The notes below the pieces were generated by a model. The model made no database searches. It was not told the origin of the DNA and saw only the letters and a list, made by a program, of their open reading frames with translations. A stretch of 64,000 nucleotides of DNA, from NCBI GenBank assembly GCA_022616535.1, contig JAKEEM010000008.1:65652-129651 (forward strand). The letters run 5' to 3'. The position numbers were made by a program, and so were the translations under genes. Below are positions 9,163 to 17,978 of the stretch, piece after piece (within the stretch, counting starts at the first letter, position 1; every line of letters begins with the position of its first letter). This DNA is from Chlorobiota bacterium. Lineage in GTDB: Bacteria; Bacteroidota; Ignavibacteria; Tepidaquicellales; OLB5.

Positions 9163-9421
9163 TTTTTAATTTTTTTTCTTCTCAATATTACGCAACTCAA
9201 AATTAAAAAGCAACTCCCTAATAACGTTAATTATTAACTGAAATAATGATTTTTTTGGGTATTTTTAGCCGATTCAGGTTAGAATTGAGCAACATTTGGC
9301 AAAAAATCTGGTGGCACACTCAAAATTATTCAATTATGTTTGTTACAGTTGAAAATTAATAATTTATCCTTAACCAAAATAATCAACTAAAATTAAAAAA
9401 CCTCAAAAAAAGGAGAAAACA

Positions 9422-9634
9422 ATGAAAAACCTGATTCTGGCAGTTTTAATAACCCTTAGCTTCATTTTCGGCTTTAACACTTTAAATTCACAGGAGTTAA
9501 CTCCGAATTCTGCAATAGAAACAAGCATTACCACGGACAGCTATATTTATGTAAGAGTTTATGAGGACGGCGCATGGTGGATTTATACCTATACCCAAGA
9601 CGGAATTTATGTAGCTAAGTGTATTGATTATTAA
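9422..9634 (+). CDS. Small secreted protein (70 aa) with signal peptide
   Basis: Strong SD (AAGGAGAAAACAATG). MKNLILAVLITLSFIFGFNTLNSQ is a signal peptide. The mature part of about 46 aa is Y/W-rich. Confidence 0.5.
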   Translation: MKNLILAVLITLSFIFGFNTLNSQELTPNSAIETSITTDSYIYVRVYEDGAWWIYTYTQDGIYVAKCIDY

Positions 9635-9674
9635 TTAACCCTTTTTTATAACCCTTTTTGAAGGAAGGAAAAAG

Positions 9675-9896
9675 ATGTCAAGAATAAAATTCAAAATAGA
9701 TAAGCCCGGTTCAGTAAAGCTAATTATACTAAATTTAATAGGGATGAAGCTGGATGAGCTCCGAGCGGGCTATATGAGAGAAGGCGAGCATATACTTGCC
9801 TGGAAATCGAAGTTCAATCTTTCGGGGAGCGTACTGAATTACAGAGTTGAGCTTGACGAAAAGATTATCGAGGAATCATTATTCGTCGCAAGATAA
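9675..9896 (+). CDS. Stand-alone T9SS-type C-terminal sorting-domain-like protein (73 aa)
   Basis: IKFKIDKPGSVKLIILNLIGMKLDEL...GEHILAW...SGSVLNYRVELDEKIIEESLFVAR follows the pattern of Por_Secre_tail / FlgD-Ig-like CTDs, but there is no passenger domain and no signal peptide. Confidence 0.45.
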   Translation: MSRIKFKIDKPGSVKLIILNLIGMKLDELRAGYMREGEHILAWKSKFNLSGSVLNYRVELDEKIIEESLFVAR

Positions 9897-10036
9897 AAAA
9901 GAAAACAAGAAAAGTTTATTTCCCGCTCATTATAAATACAGCAGGCGGGAAAAGGAAAACAAGTGGAGTGCGCGCCCGAAACCTATTTCATTGGAAATCT
10001 AGCAAACAATGAAACAATTACCCTTATAACCCCCAA

Positions 10037-10065
10037 AAGAGCAGTAGAGATTAACTATTGCTCTT
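10037..10065 (+). terminator. Possible terminator hairpin downstream of the 9675-9896 ORF
   Basis: aagagcagtag-agattaa-ctattgctctt forms an 11-bp stem with one G-T pair, followed by tctcgttt. Confidence 0.35.
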
Positions 10066-10109
10066 TCTCGTTTAATATGTAACCCTGTAAAAATGGAGGG
10101 GATAAAAAA

Positions 10110-10130
10110 GGCGGGTAAAAAAAACCCGCC
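10110..10130 (-). terminator. Rho-independent (bidirectional) terminator after plsY
   Basis: GGCGGG-taaaaaaaa-CCCGCC. On the minus strand it is followed by TTTTTTAT. It lies 21 nt downstream of the plsY stop. Confidence 0.7.
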
Positions 10131-10151
10131 TTAATTTTAAATTTAAAAAAA

Positions 10152-10865
10152 TTATTTATTTCTTGTCAATCTTCTCTTGAATGGTGCCTCTATTTTAATC
10201 CATCTTACCTTCCACCACTTTTCGAAGCGGTTTTCCTCGCCATAAAGCAGGCGCTTAATATTACCCCTGTGGTTGTAGGTCAGGAAAATACAAACAGCAA
10301 GACTGAAATAAATCAATGTATTGTAGCCGTCAATATCGACTTTAAAAAGGTTTTCCCTTATAAACATTGTGGAAGGGAATGCGTATGCAGCGGCAATTGA
10401 GCCGAGCGAAACGTAGCCGGAAAATACCAGCACAAGGACAAAAATTCCAATTGAAATTGATGCGTCAATCGGTGCAAGGCTTAAGAGCATTCCAGCCGTT
10501 GTGTTGATTCCCTTGCCGCCTTTAAAGCCGGCAAAAATCGTCCATACATGCCCGATTGTTGCAGATATTCCCGCAATAATCTGAACAACGGTTATATCTT
10601 CAAAGGGGGTTCTGTTCTCAAAAGGCAGCGCGCCGTAGAAAAGCTTTGAAATCAAAAGAGTTGCAATTACACCCTTTAGAATATCTATTGCCTGAACCAA
10701 AGCTCCCAGCCTCCATCCCAAAACACGGAAAGCATTTGTGCTTCCCATATTTTTGCTTCCGTAATGGCGAAGGTCGATACCTTTGAAATATTTGCCAACA
10801 AGCAAAGCAGCAGGGAAAGACCCTACCAAATAACTTAGAATTATTACTACAATTAAAGATAACAT
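10152..10865 (-). CDS. plsY: Glycerol-3-phosphate acyltransferase PlsY (acyl-phosphate dependent), with a basic C-terminal extension of about 35 aa
   Basis: YLVGSFPAALLVGK..., GSKNMGSTNAFRVLG and GGKGINT motifs. The start overlaps the upstream stop (TGATG at 10865). Confidence 0.9.
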   Translation of the reverse strand: MLSLIVVIILSYLVGSFPAALLVGKYFKGIDLRHYGSKNMGSTNAFRVLGWRLGALVQAIDILKGVIATLLISKLFYGALPFENRTPFEDITVVQIIAGISATIGHVWTIFAGFKGGKGINTTAGMLLSLAPIDASISIGIFVLVLVFSGYVSLGSIAAAYAFPSTMFIRENLFKVDIDGYNTLIYFSLAVCIFLTYNHRGNIKRLLYGEENRFEKWWKVRWIKIEAPFKRRLTRNK

Positions 10866-11116
10866 CAGCTAAAACACTCTATTCTTTTTATTTCGGGAAC
10901 TTCGTGCATTATTGCACGCTCGATTCCCGCTCTTAATGTCATCGGCTTTAGGGGGCAGGTATTACACGCCCCCATTAATTTAAGCTCAACTATGCCATAC
11001 ACATCGGCTTTTACAAGCATAACATCACCGCCGTCAATCTGCAAATATGGCCTTATTTTATCAAGAACCGCATTAATCTTATCCTCAATATCTGCGGTTT
11101 TTTCAGCAATCAGCAT
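10865..11116 (-). CDS. NifU C-terminal-domain (Nfu-type) Fe-S cluster protein
   Basis: IRPYLQIDGGDV...GACNTCP (CxxC) motif; 83 aa. Confidence 0.85.
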   Translation of the reverse strand: MLIAEKTADIEDKINAVLDKIRPYLQIDGGDVMLVKADVYGIVELKLMGACNTCPLKPMTLRAGIERAIMHEVPEIKRIECFS

Positions 11117-11166
11117 TTATTGAATCCAAAATAATAAAACTTTATTAAAAAAACATTAATCAATCG

Positions 11167-12012
11167 TCAGATTTCTATAACAGGAATTTTGGGCTTTTCC
11201 TCCGATTTTTCCTTAATTTCTTCTGTGAGGTTTCTCGAAATTTGTGTAAATTGCAAAGCTTCGGAACTATCGGGGTTTCTGAGCACAATCGGCTTACCTT
11301 CATCTCCCCCGAGCCGGATGTTTGTGTTAATTGCAATTTCACCCAGAAAGGTGACTCCAAGCTCACTTGCGAGCTTTTCGCCCCCGCCCCTGCCGAAAAT
11401 ATATTCCTTTGAGCCGTCTGGATTTGAATAATAGCTCATGTTTTCGACTATTCCTAAAACGGAGACGTTAACTTTTTCAAACATCTTAGCTCCTTTGCGA
11501 GCATCAATAATTGAAATATCCTGAGGGGTTGTAACAATTACTGCACCTGTCAGAGGGATGGTTTGAGTAAGCGTTAACTGTATATCACCTGTGCCGGGAG
11601 GCATATCGAATAAAAGGTAATCGAGCTCATCCCACTGGACATCGCTCATAAACTGCTTAAGTGCGCTTGCTGCCATCGGTCCACGCCAGACCACGGCTTC
11701 GCCCTGGTCAACCAAAAAGCCAATTGACATCAGCTTTAGTCCGTATTTAACTACAGGCAGCAGTCGGTTTTTGTTCTGAATTTGGGTGATTTTCGGCTTT
11801 TCATTTTTTAAGCCAAGCATTGCAGGTATGGAGGGTCCGTAAATATCGGCATCGATTAGACCTGTTTTGAATCCTTCTTTAACAAGTGTGGCAGCAATAT
11901 TAACTGCAACTGTTGATTTGCCTACGCCTCCTTTGCCTGATGCTATTGCGATACTGCTTTTTACACCCGGAATTAGAGCTGTATTTTGTGAAAAATTCTG
12001 CATAAAGCTCAA
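11167..12012 (-). CDS. apbC: Mrp/ApbC/NBP35-family Fe-S cluster carrier ATPase
   Basis: Deviant Walker A IAIASGKGGVGKST, DMPPGTGD and GIVENMS motifs. Confidence 0.9.
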   Translation of the reverse strand: MSFMQNFSQNTALIPGVKSSIAIASGKGGVGKSTVAVNIAATLVKEGFKTGLIDADIYGPSIPAMLGLKNEKPKITQIQNKNRLLPVVKYGLKLMSIGFLVDQGEAVVWRGPMAASALKQFMSDVQWDELDYLLFDMPPGTGDIQLTLTQTIPLTGAVIVTTPQDISIIDARKGAKMFEKVNVSVLGIVENMSYYSNPDGSKEYIFGRGGGEKLASELGVTFLGEIAINTNIRLGGDEGKPIVLRNPDSSEALQFTQISRNLTEEIKEKSEEKPKIPVIEI

Positions 12013-12136
12013 ATATAACGGTTTTAAATGACACTTATTGTAACAAAATTAATTGCACCCGGGTTCGGCAGTTATTTAATTCATCCTATGGATTGACAGG
12101 TCTGGCTTCACTCCTGAGGTGGGGCCGGCAAGTGAA

Positions 12137-12182
12137 GTGTAAATTTCACGACGTGTAAACTTCACGACGTGTAAACTTCAGC
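12137..12182. repeat. 16-bp tandem repeat, about 2.9 copies (gtgtaaaYttcacgac), straddling the stop codon of the phosphoesterase gene
   Basis: Copies at 12137-12152, 12153-12168 and 12169-12182. The stop codon (12162-12164) lies inside copy 2. Confidence 0.85.
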
Positions 12183-13172
12183 AGCGGCGGTTATAAGAGG
12201 AGCATTTCTTTGATGAATTTTAATAATTTTTTGTTTGCCTTCGCCAGTCAGTTTATCAAGAACTGATTGCGGGAAAACGGATGGTGAAGTTAAGACATTA
12301 CTCCCGTGTTTTATTTCCGAGCCGCTGAAGTTTATATTGAAGTTTATATTGAAGTTTATATTGTTGAATCTGAACTCATTTTGGGTTCCGTTAACAATGG
12401 AACCGCCGGCATTGAGAAATGTAATTCCTTTTCTTGTGTACTGGTTTGTTTCGTGCAGATGGCCGTGGAGCACATGGGTTACTCCGAGTTTTTTAAATCG
12501 TTTTATAAGCTTTTTCTTTCCGCGGAGCTTCATGGTCTGCCTTTCAATCTTCCTCCACAGTGCATTAGGAGATGATTCCTCAACGGAGCCTTTGCAAAAG
12601 TGGTGATGGGTAATAACAATCCGGTGCTTGTTCGGAAATTTGTGAATCTTAAGAACGGTTTCGAGGTCCTCCAGCTGTTCGTCCGAAATTTCGCCGTTGG
12701 AAGCAATCGGATTTTTAAAGACAGAATATTCTGCTATGGAATTTAGCCCGATTAATATAAATTCGTCGAACTCTTTAACAAAGGGGAACGGATTATGTAA
12801 TGATGTTCTGATTGTCCCTGCAAAAGTTTCTGAAAAAAATGCGCCGAACTCTTCCACTTTTTTATTGTAATTGGTATTTCTGCATTTTGCAGGAAAGTTA
12901 ACAACGTCCTCAGCCAAGTGAACCCCTCCGAAAATATCGTGGTTTCCGATAACAACAGAAGTTTTCGCGGCGTTAAGCAAACCGAGCTTTTTCAGCATGT
13001 TTCGCGCAAGCTCGAAAGCAGATGCCTCGGCGTTTTCGGTAATATCGCCGGTAATAATGATGTGGTCAAAGCCCCCGTCAGCTATGAATTCAATTAACTG
13101 AAGGGTTTTCTTGTAATTCGAACGCTTATAGATTTTGTCAAGATGTAAATCTGATATATGAGCAATTTTCAT
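12162..13172 (-). CDS. Calcineurin-like metallophosphoesterase with a repeat-containing C-terminal tail
   Basis: MKIAHISDLHLD, GDITENA, GNHD and GHLHE motifs. The C-terminal region contains the NINFNINFNINF repeat. Confidence 0.8.
   Translation of the reverse strand: MKIAHISDLHLDKIYKRSNYKKTLQLIEFIADGGFDHIIITGDITENAEASAFELARNMLKKLGLLNAAKTSVVIGNHDIFGGVHLAEDVVNFPAKCRNTNYNKKVEEFGAFFSETFAGTIRTSLHNPFPFVKEFDEFILIGLNSIAEYSVFKNPIASNGEISDEQLEDLETVLKIHKFPNKHRIVITHHHFCKGSVEESSPNALWRKIERQTMKLRGKKKLIKRFKKLGVTHVLHGHLHETNQYTRKGITFLNAGGSIVNGTQNEFRFNNINFNINFNINFSGSEIKHGSNVLTSPSVFPQSVLDKLTGEGKQKIIKIHQRNAPLITAAAEVYTS
12327..12362. repeat. 12-bp in-frame tandem repeat x3 (gaagtttatatt) encoding (NINF)3
   Basis: Three perfect copies read directly from the sequence. 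Confidence 0.9.
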
Positions 13173-13313
13173 TTAGCTTAATTCAAATTTATATTACAAT
13201 TATTAGCTTAATGTTAAGTTCAGGTAAATAATATGTTGTTAGTTTTAAGCGATTTAATTGTTCACGAATATTGTATTAACAAAAGTTTAATAAGTTTTTG
13301 CTATTTTTAACAT

Positions 13314-14129
13314 ATGAAATTGAAAAATAAACACCTTCAGGAGTATCTTAGCTTTGCAGTAAAGACGGTAAAAAAATCCGAGGAAATTACTCTTAAATAC
13401 TACAAAAAGAAGCTTAAGCATAAAGTTAAGCTTAATAAAACCCCCGTAACAATTGCCGATTTTAAATGCGAGGATTTTATCATAAGCAAAATCAATTCTA
13501 AATATCCCAAACACAGCATATTATCTGAAGAACGCGGAGAGGAAAACAACAATTCGGAATTTAAGTGGTTAATAGACCCGATTGACGGGACAAAGAACTT
13601 TATGAGGAAATATCCTTTTTGGGGGACGCTGCTTGCTCTTGAATATGAAGGCGATGTTGTGCTTGGAGTTATTTCTATGCCTTCCTTAAAAGAATTTGTA
13701 TACGCTTCAAAAGGAAATGGCTGTTACTATAATAATAAGAAATCCAAAGTCAGCAAAATTAATTTGTTAAAAAACTCCTACTGTATTTACGGCGGGATGG
13801 AGTATTTGCTTAAGCAGTTGTATAGTAAAAACTTTTTGAACTTACTAAATGAGTGCTCATATTCAAGGGGTTTCGGTGATTGCCATGGTCATTCTTTTGT
13901 AATCAACGGCAGAGCGGAAATTATGATTGACCCGCACGTTGCGCCTTACGATGTTGCTCCAATTAAAATCTGTATAGAAGAATCCGGCGGTGTTTTTACA
14001 GCTATTAACGGCAATAAATCTATTTACGGAGGAAATGCTGTTTCGACCAACGGCAGAGTTCACGACGAAGTGTTAAAACTGCTTAATTTTAATATTGAAA
14101 CAAGGGACTTACTTAAAGAAGAATTGTAA
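13314..14129 (+). CDS. Inositol-monophosphatase-family phosphatase (SuhB/HisN-like)
   Basis: LSEERGEE and WLIDPIDGTKNF motifs. Confidence 0.85.
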   Translation: MKLKNKHLQEYLSFAVKTVKKSEEITLKYYKKKLKHKVKLNKTPVTIADFKCEDFIISKINSKYPKHSILSEERGEENNNSEFKWLIDPIDGTKNFMRKYPFWGTLLALEYEGDVVLGVISMPSLKEFVYASKGNGCYYNNKKSKVSKINLLKNSYCIYGGMEYLLKQLYSKNFLNLLNECSYSRGFGDCHGHSFVINGRAEIMIDPHVAPYDVAPIKICIEESGGVFTAINGNKSIYGGNAVSTNGRVHDEVLKLLNFNIETRDLLKEEL

Positions 14130-14281
14130 TTTCTTATATATTTGTAATTCAATTAAACTCTTGCATTCTTAACAAAACTTTATTAATCTTAACTTTGTTA
14201 TTTTTATAAAGTAATGCTATTTTAATAATTTACTAACATTTATCTCACAAAAATTGCTTTTTTTTGTAATAAACGCAAAAA

Positions 14282-15337
14282 TTGCTTAACAAAAAGAAGA
14301 TTTTATTAATATGTGGTTCTAACAATCAGACCACAATGATGCACAAGATTTCGAGCTTCCTTGGCGATTACGACTGCTATTTCAGCCCATACTACGCCGA
14401 TACATTTTTTTTAAAAGAGCTTTACAAAGCCGGTTATCTTGATTTCACGGTTATGGGCAGAAATTATCAGCAGAAGGTTTTTGAATATGCGGCTAACAAC
14501 AATCTGAAGCTGGATTTTGAAGGACGCAAGCATAATTATGACCTCGTAATAACTTGTTCAGACCTTGTGATACAGAAGAACATCCGAGGGAAGAGAATTG
14601 TACTGGTTCAGGAAGGTATGACAGACCCGGAAAATTTTATGTATTATCTGGTGAAATACCTGAATTTGCCGCGGTACCTTGCAAGTACATCAACAACCGG
14701 GCTTTCAAATGCTTACAGAGCGTTTTGCGTTGCTTCATACGGCTACAGGGACTTGTTTCAGGAAAAAGGCTCTGACCACAATAAGATGGTTGTTTCGGGG
14801 ATTCCTAATTTCGATAATGCTGCTCAGTATTTCAACAATGATTTCCCTCATAAGAATTTTGTTCTTGCTGCAACTTCCGATGCAAGGGAAACGTATAAAT
14901 ATGAAAACAGGAAAAAATTTATATTAAACGCATTAAGGATTGCAGACGGCAGAAAGCTTATATTTAAGCTCCATCCTAACGAAAAAACAGGGAGAGCCGT
15001 TAGAGAAATTGAAAAATATGCTCCTCAGGCGTTTGTTTATGCGTCCGGCAATACAAATCATATGGTAGCAAATTGCGATGTTTTGATAACAAAATACTCT
15101 TCGGTAGTTTTTCTGGGACTGGCACTGGGTAAAGAAGTGCATTCTGATTTTGATGTTGAAAAGCTGAAAAAAATGTCGCCTATCCAGAATAACGGCAAGT
15201 CCGCCGAAAATATTGCTGAAGTATGCAAAATAATTATAGAAGATAAACCTTTTAACGCAGAACAGCTTTCATTAAACTTTGCGGGAAGCTATTATGAAGT
15301 AATTGAAAGCGGTTATGTCGGAGCTTTTACTTCATAG
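14282..15337 (+). CDS. GT-B-like transferase (capsule/teichoic-type glycosyl- or glycerophospho-transferase-like); specificity unknown
   Basis: TTG start. Two Rossmann-like halves, with a KLHPNEK motif reminiscent of Glyphos_transf / Capsule_synth families. First gene of the sugar operon. Family call is tentative. Confidence 0.4.
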   Translation: MLNKKKILLICGSNNQTTMMHKISSFLGDYDCYFSPYYADTFFLKELYKAGYLDFTVMGRNYQQKVFEYAANNNLKLDFEGRKHNYDLVITCSDLVIQKNIRGKRIVLVQEGMTDPENFMYYLVKYLNLPRYLASTSTTGLSNAYRAFCVASYGYRDLFQEKGSDHNKMVVSGIPNFDNAAQYFNNDFPHKNFVLAATSDARETYKYENRKKFILNALRIADGRKLIFKLHPNEKTGRAVREIEKYAPQAFVYASGNTNHMVANCDVLITKYSSVVFLGLALGKEVHSDFDVEKLKKMSPIQNNGKSAENIAEVCKIIIEDKPFNAEQLSLNFAGSYYEVIESGYVGAFTS

Positions 15338-15343
15338 AAACAG

Positions 15344-16159
15344 ATGATTAGCCCTCCAAATATTGTAATTGTAATTCAGGCAAGGACCGGCTCTACCCGA
15401 TTTCCCAACAAAATTTTGCAGCCCATTCTTGGAAGTCCAGTTCTTTCGCTAATGATTGAACGGGTTCAGCGCTCAAAGTTTTCCGATGGTTTAGTTATCG
15501 CAACAACCAATGAATCAACTGATGACGTTATCGTAAAGCTTTGTGAAAAGGAAAATGTATGCTGCTACAGGGGACATTCAACCGATTTGCTCGGCAGGCA
15601 TTATCAAGCTTCGTTTAAGCGAAATGCCGATATAGTTGTTAAAATTCCTTCGGATTGTCCGCTTATCGACCCTGATATAATTGATAAAGTAATAGACTAT
15701 TATTTAGAGAACCGCTCTGCATACGATTACGTAAGTAATTTGCATCCTGCTACTTATCCCGACGGCAATGATGTTGAAGTGTTCCCATTTAATATTTTGC
15801 AAACAGCGTGGAAAGAAGCATCTAAAAACTTCGAAAGGGAGCATACGACACCCTTCGTATGGGATAATCCCGAAAGATTCAGAATTGGAAACGTCACCTG
15901 GGAAACCGGTTTGGATTATTCAATGACGCACAGGTTGGTGCTGGACTTCCCCGCTGATTATGAGCTTATAAAAGCAGTTTATGAAGAACTTTATCCCGAT
16001 AACCCTCAATTTGCCTTAAATGATATAATAGCACTTTTGGATAGAAGGCAAGATATCAAGGCACTCAACTCAAAATATGCGGGTGTAAACTGGTACAGGC
16101 TTCATATTAATGAACTCAAAACCATAAATTCAGATTCAACAAATTTAATTAGCGGTTAA
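15344..16159 (+). CDS. SpsF-type cytidylyltransferase (CTP_transf_3, CMP-ulosonic acid synthetase family)
   Basis: IVIQARTGSTRFPNKIL N-terminal motif and SDCPLIDP. Confidence 0.8.
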   Translation: MISPPNIVIVIQARTGSTRFPNKILQPILGSPVLSLMIERVQRSKFSDGLVIATTNESTDDVIVKLCEKENVCCYRGHSTDLLGRHYQASFKRNADIVVKIPSDCPLIDPDIIDKVIDYYLENRSAYDYVSNLHPATYPDGNDVEVFPFNILQTAWKEASKNFEREHTTPFVWDNPERFRIGNVTWETGLDYSMTHRLVLDFPADYELIKAVYEELYPDNPQFALNDIIALLDRRQDIKALNSKYAGVNWYRLHINELKTINSDSTNLISG

Positions 16160-16163
16160 TTTT

Positions 16164-17030
16164 ATGTCAGTACTAACCAAAGAAGAAATACAGGAACTTG
16201 AAAAAAAAGCCCTTAAAGTCAGGGAGCATATTATAAGAATGTCTGCAAACGGGGGATGTTTTATCGGAGCTTCTCTTTCATGTACGGATTTGATTGTATA
16301 TTTATATTCTAAATTTTTGAATATTAGCAAAGAGAACCTCAATGACCCAGCAAGGGATTATTTATTTCTTTCAAAAGGGCACGATGTCCCTGCACTTTAC
16401 GGAACTCTTGCCGAAATGGGATTTATTGAAAGCCAAAGACTTCAAAATCATTTAAAAACCAATGATTACATTTATTGGCACCCTAACAAGAATATTCCTG
16501 GTGTTGAATTTCATTCCGGTTCACTTGGGCATTTATTTGCAGTAGCTATTGGCGTTGCACTCGATTGCAGGATTAAAAACCAGAAAAATAAAATAGTAGT
16601 ATTGGTTGGAGACGGTGAGCTTAACGAAGGTTCAGTTTGGGAATCATGTCTTGTTTCATCCGCCTACAAGCTTGATAATATGGTAATAATTGTTGATAGG
16701 AATCACTTTCAGGCAAATATTGAAACGGAGAGATTAATACCGCTTGAGCCGCTCGAAGATAAATTTGAGTCGTTTGGTCTTGCAACAGGTTCAATTAACG
16801 GCCATAGTTTTGCTGAAATGGACAGAATGTTTTCACAAATTCCCTTTAATGCAGGGAAACCGAGCGTAATAATTGCCAATACACTGAGGGGCAAAGGTCT
16901 TCCGAGCATTCAGTCAAGGGCTGACAGATGGTTTTGTAATTTTTCCGAAAGTGAAGTTGAATCATTGCTTAATGAGCTTCACGGCAATGGCATTACGGAA
17001 TTAACTTCAGAAACATTAACGGTAAGGTAA
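16164..17030 (+). CDS. Transketolase, N-terminal (TPP-binding) subunit
   Basis: SKGH, GSLGH and GDGELNEGSVWE motifs; 288 aa split form. Confidence 0.9.
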   Translation: MSVLTKEEIQELEKKALKVREHIIRMSANGGCFIGASLSCTDLIVYLYSKFLNISKENLNDPARDYLFLSKGHDVPALYGTLAEMGFIESQRLQNHLKTNDYIYWHPNKNIPGVEFHSGSLGHLFAVAIGVALDCRIKNQKNKIVVLVGDGELNEGSVWESCLVSSAYKLDNMVIIVDRNHFQANIETERLIPLEPLEDKFESFGLATGSINGHSFAEMDRMFSQIPFNAGKPSVIIANTLRGKGLPSIQSRADRWFCNFSESEVESLLNELHGNGITELTSETLTVR

Positions 17031-17035
17031 AGGAA

Positions 17036-17971
17036 ATGAATTACGAAGAACTATTAAAAGAGCTTGTTTTAAACGATGAACGAATAATGGTTTTAACGTC
17101 GGAAAACCGTGCCGCTATTAGAAATCTGCCTGAGCAAATTGGAGATAGATTTATTGATGTTGGCATTTCCGAGCAGACGATGATTGGCATTGCAGCGGGA
17201 CTCGCTCTGAGAGGGAGAATTCCCGTTGCGCATGCTTTGGCAACATTTCTCACAATGCGGGCGTTTGAGTTTATAAGAACTGATGTTGGCATAGCTAACC
17301 TGCCTGTAAAGCTTGTCGGCGCAGTACCCGGATTTTTATCAGAGGCAAACGGTCCGACCCACCAGGCAATTGAAGATGTTTCCTTAATGAGAGGTATTCC
17401 GAATGTTAATGTATTTTGTCCCGCAGACGAAGAAGATATGCTGATTGGCTTAAGGGAAGTTCTGTTAAGCGGCTCACCGTTTTATATAAGGTTCAACAAT
17501 CTGAAAAGCGCTGTTAAGCATAACCTTGACTTCGTTATTGGAAAAGCTGAGGTAATTTCTTGCGGAAATGATATAACAATTTTAACTTTCGGAATGCTTT
17601 TAAGGCAGGCATATGAAGCAATGATTATACTTGAATCCAAGGGCTTATCGGTCAGACTCATTAATTTACGGACTTTAAAACCAATCGATGAGGAAGTTAT
17701 AATTAATGCCGCAGAAGAAACCTCACTCATTGTAACGCTTGAAGACCATTTTATTACCGGGGGGCTTTACTCGATACTCGGCGAGATATTTTTAAAAAAT
17801 AATCTGACCAATAACGTTTTGCCTATTGCACTTGATAATAAATGGTTTAAGCCCGCGCTTTTGCAAGATATTTTGAATTATGAAGGTTTTACGGGTCCGC
17901 AGATTGCTGAAAGAATTATTAATCATTTCCAAACAAAAACAGACACAATTAAAATAAAAAGTTTAATATAG
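17036..17971 (+). CDS. Transketolase, C-terminal (pyrimidine-binding) subunit
   Basis: GISEQTMIGIAAGLA and GPTHQAIEDV motifs. Lies 5 nt after the N-terminal subunit gene. Confidence 0.9.
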   Translation: MNYEELLKELVLNDERIMVLTSENRAAIRNLPEQIGDRFIDVGISEQTMIGIAAGLALRGRIPVAHALATFLTMRAFEFIRTDVGIANLPVKLVGAVPGFLSEANGPTHQAIEDVSLMRGIPNVNVFCPADEEDMLIGLREVLLSGSPFYIRFNNLKSAVKHNLDFVIGKAEVISCGNDITILTFGMLLRQAYEAMIILESKGLSVRLINLRTLKPIDEEVIINAAEETSLIVTLEDHFITGGLYSILGEIFLKNNLTNNVLPIALDNKWFKPALLQDILNYEGFTGPQIAERIINHFQTKTDTIKIKSLI

Positions 17972-17978
17972 AACTATT

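Noticed and set aside
9312-9317. A TGGCAC hexamer, considered as a possible sigma-54 -24 element upstream of the small secreted ORF.
   Set aside because: The sequence 5 nt downstream is AAAT rather than TTGC, so the -12 element is missing.
9919-9952. An inverted repeat tttcccgc...gcgggaaa after the 9675-9896 ORF, considered as a terminator.
   Set aside because: The 18-nt loop is too large and no U-tract follows on either strand, so it is not a convincing intrinsic terminator.
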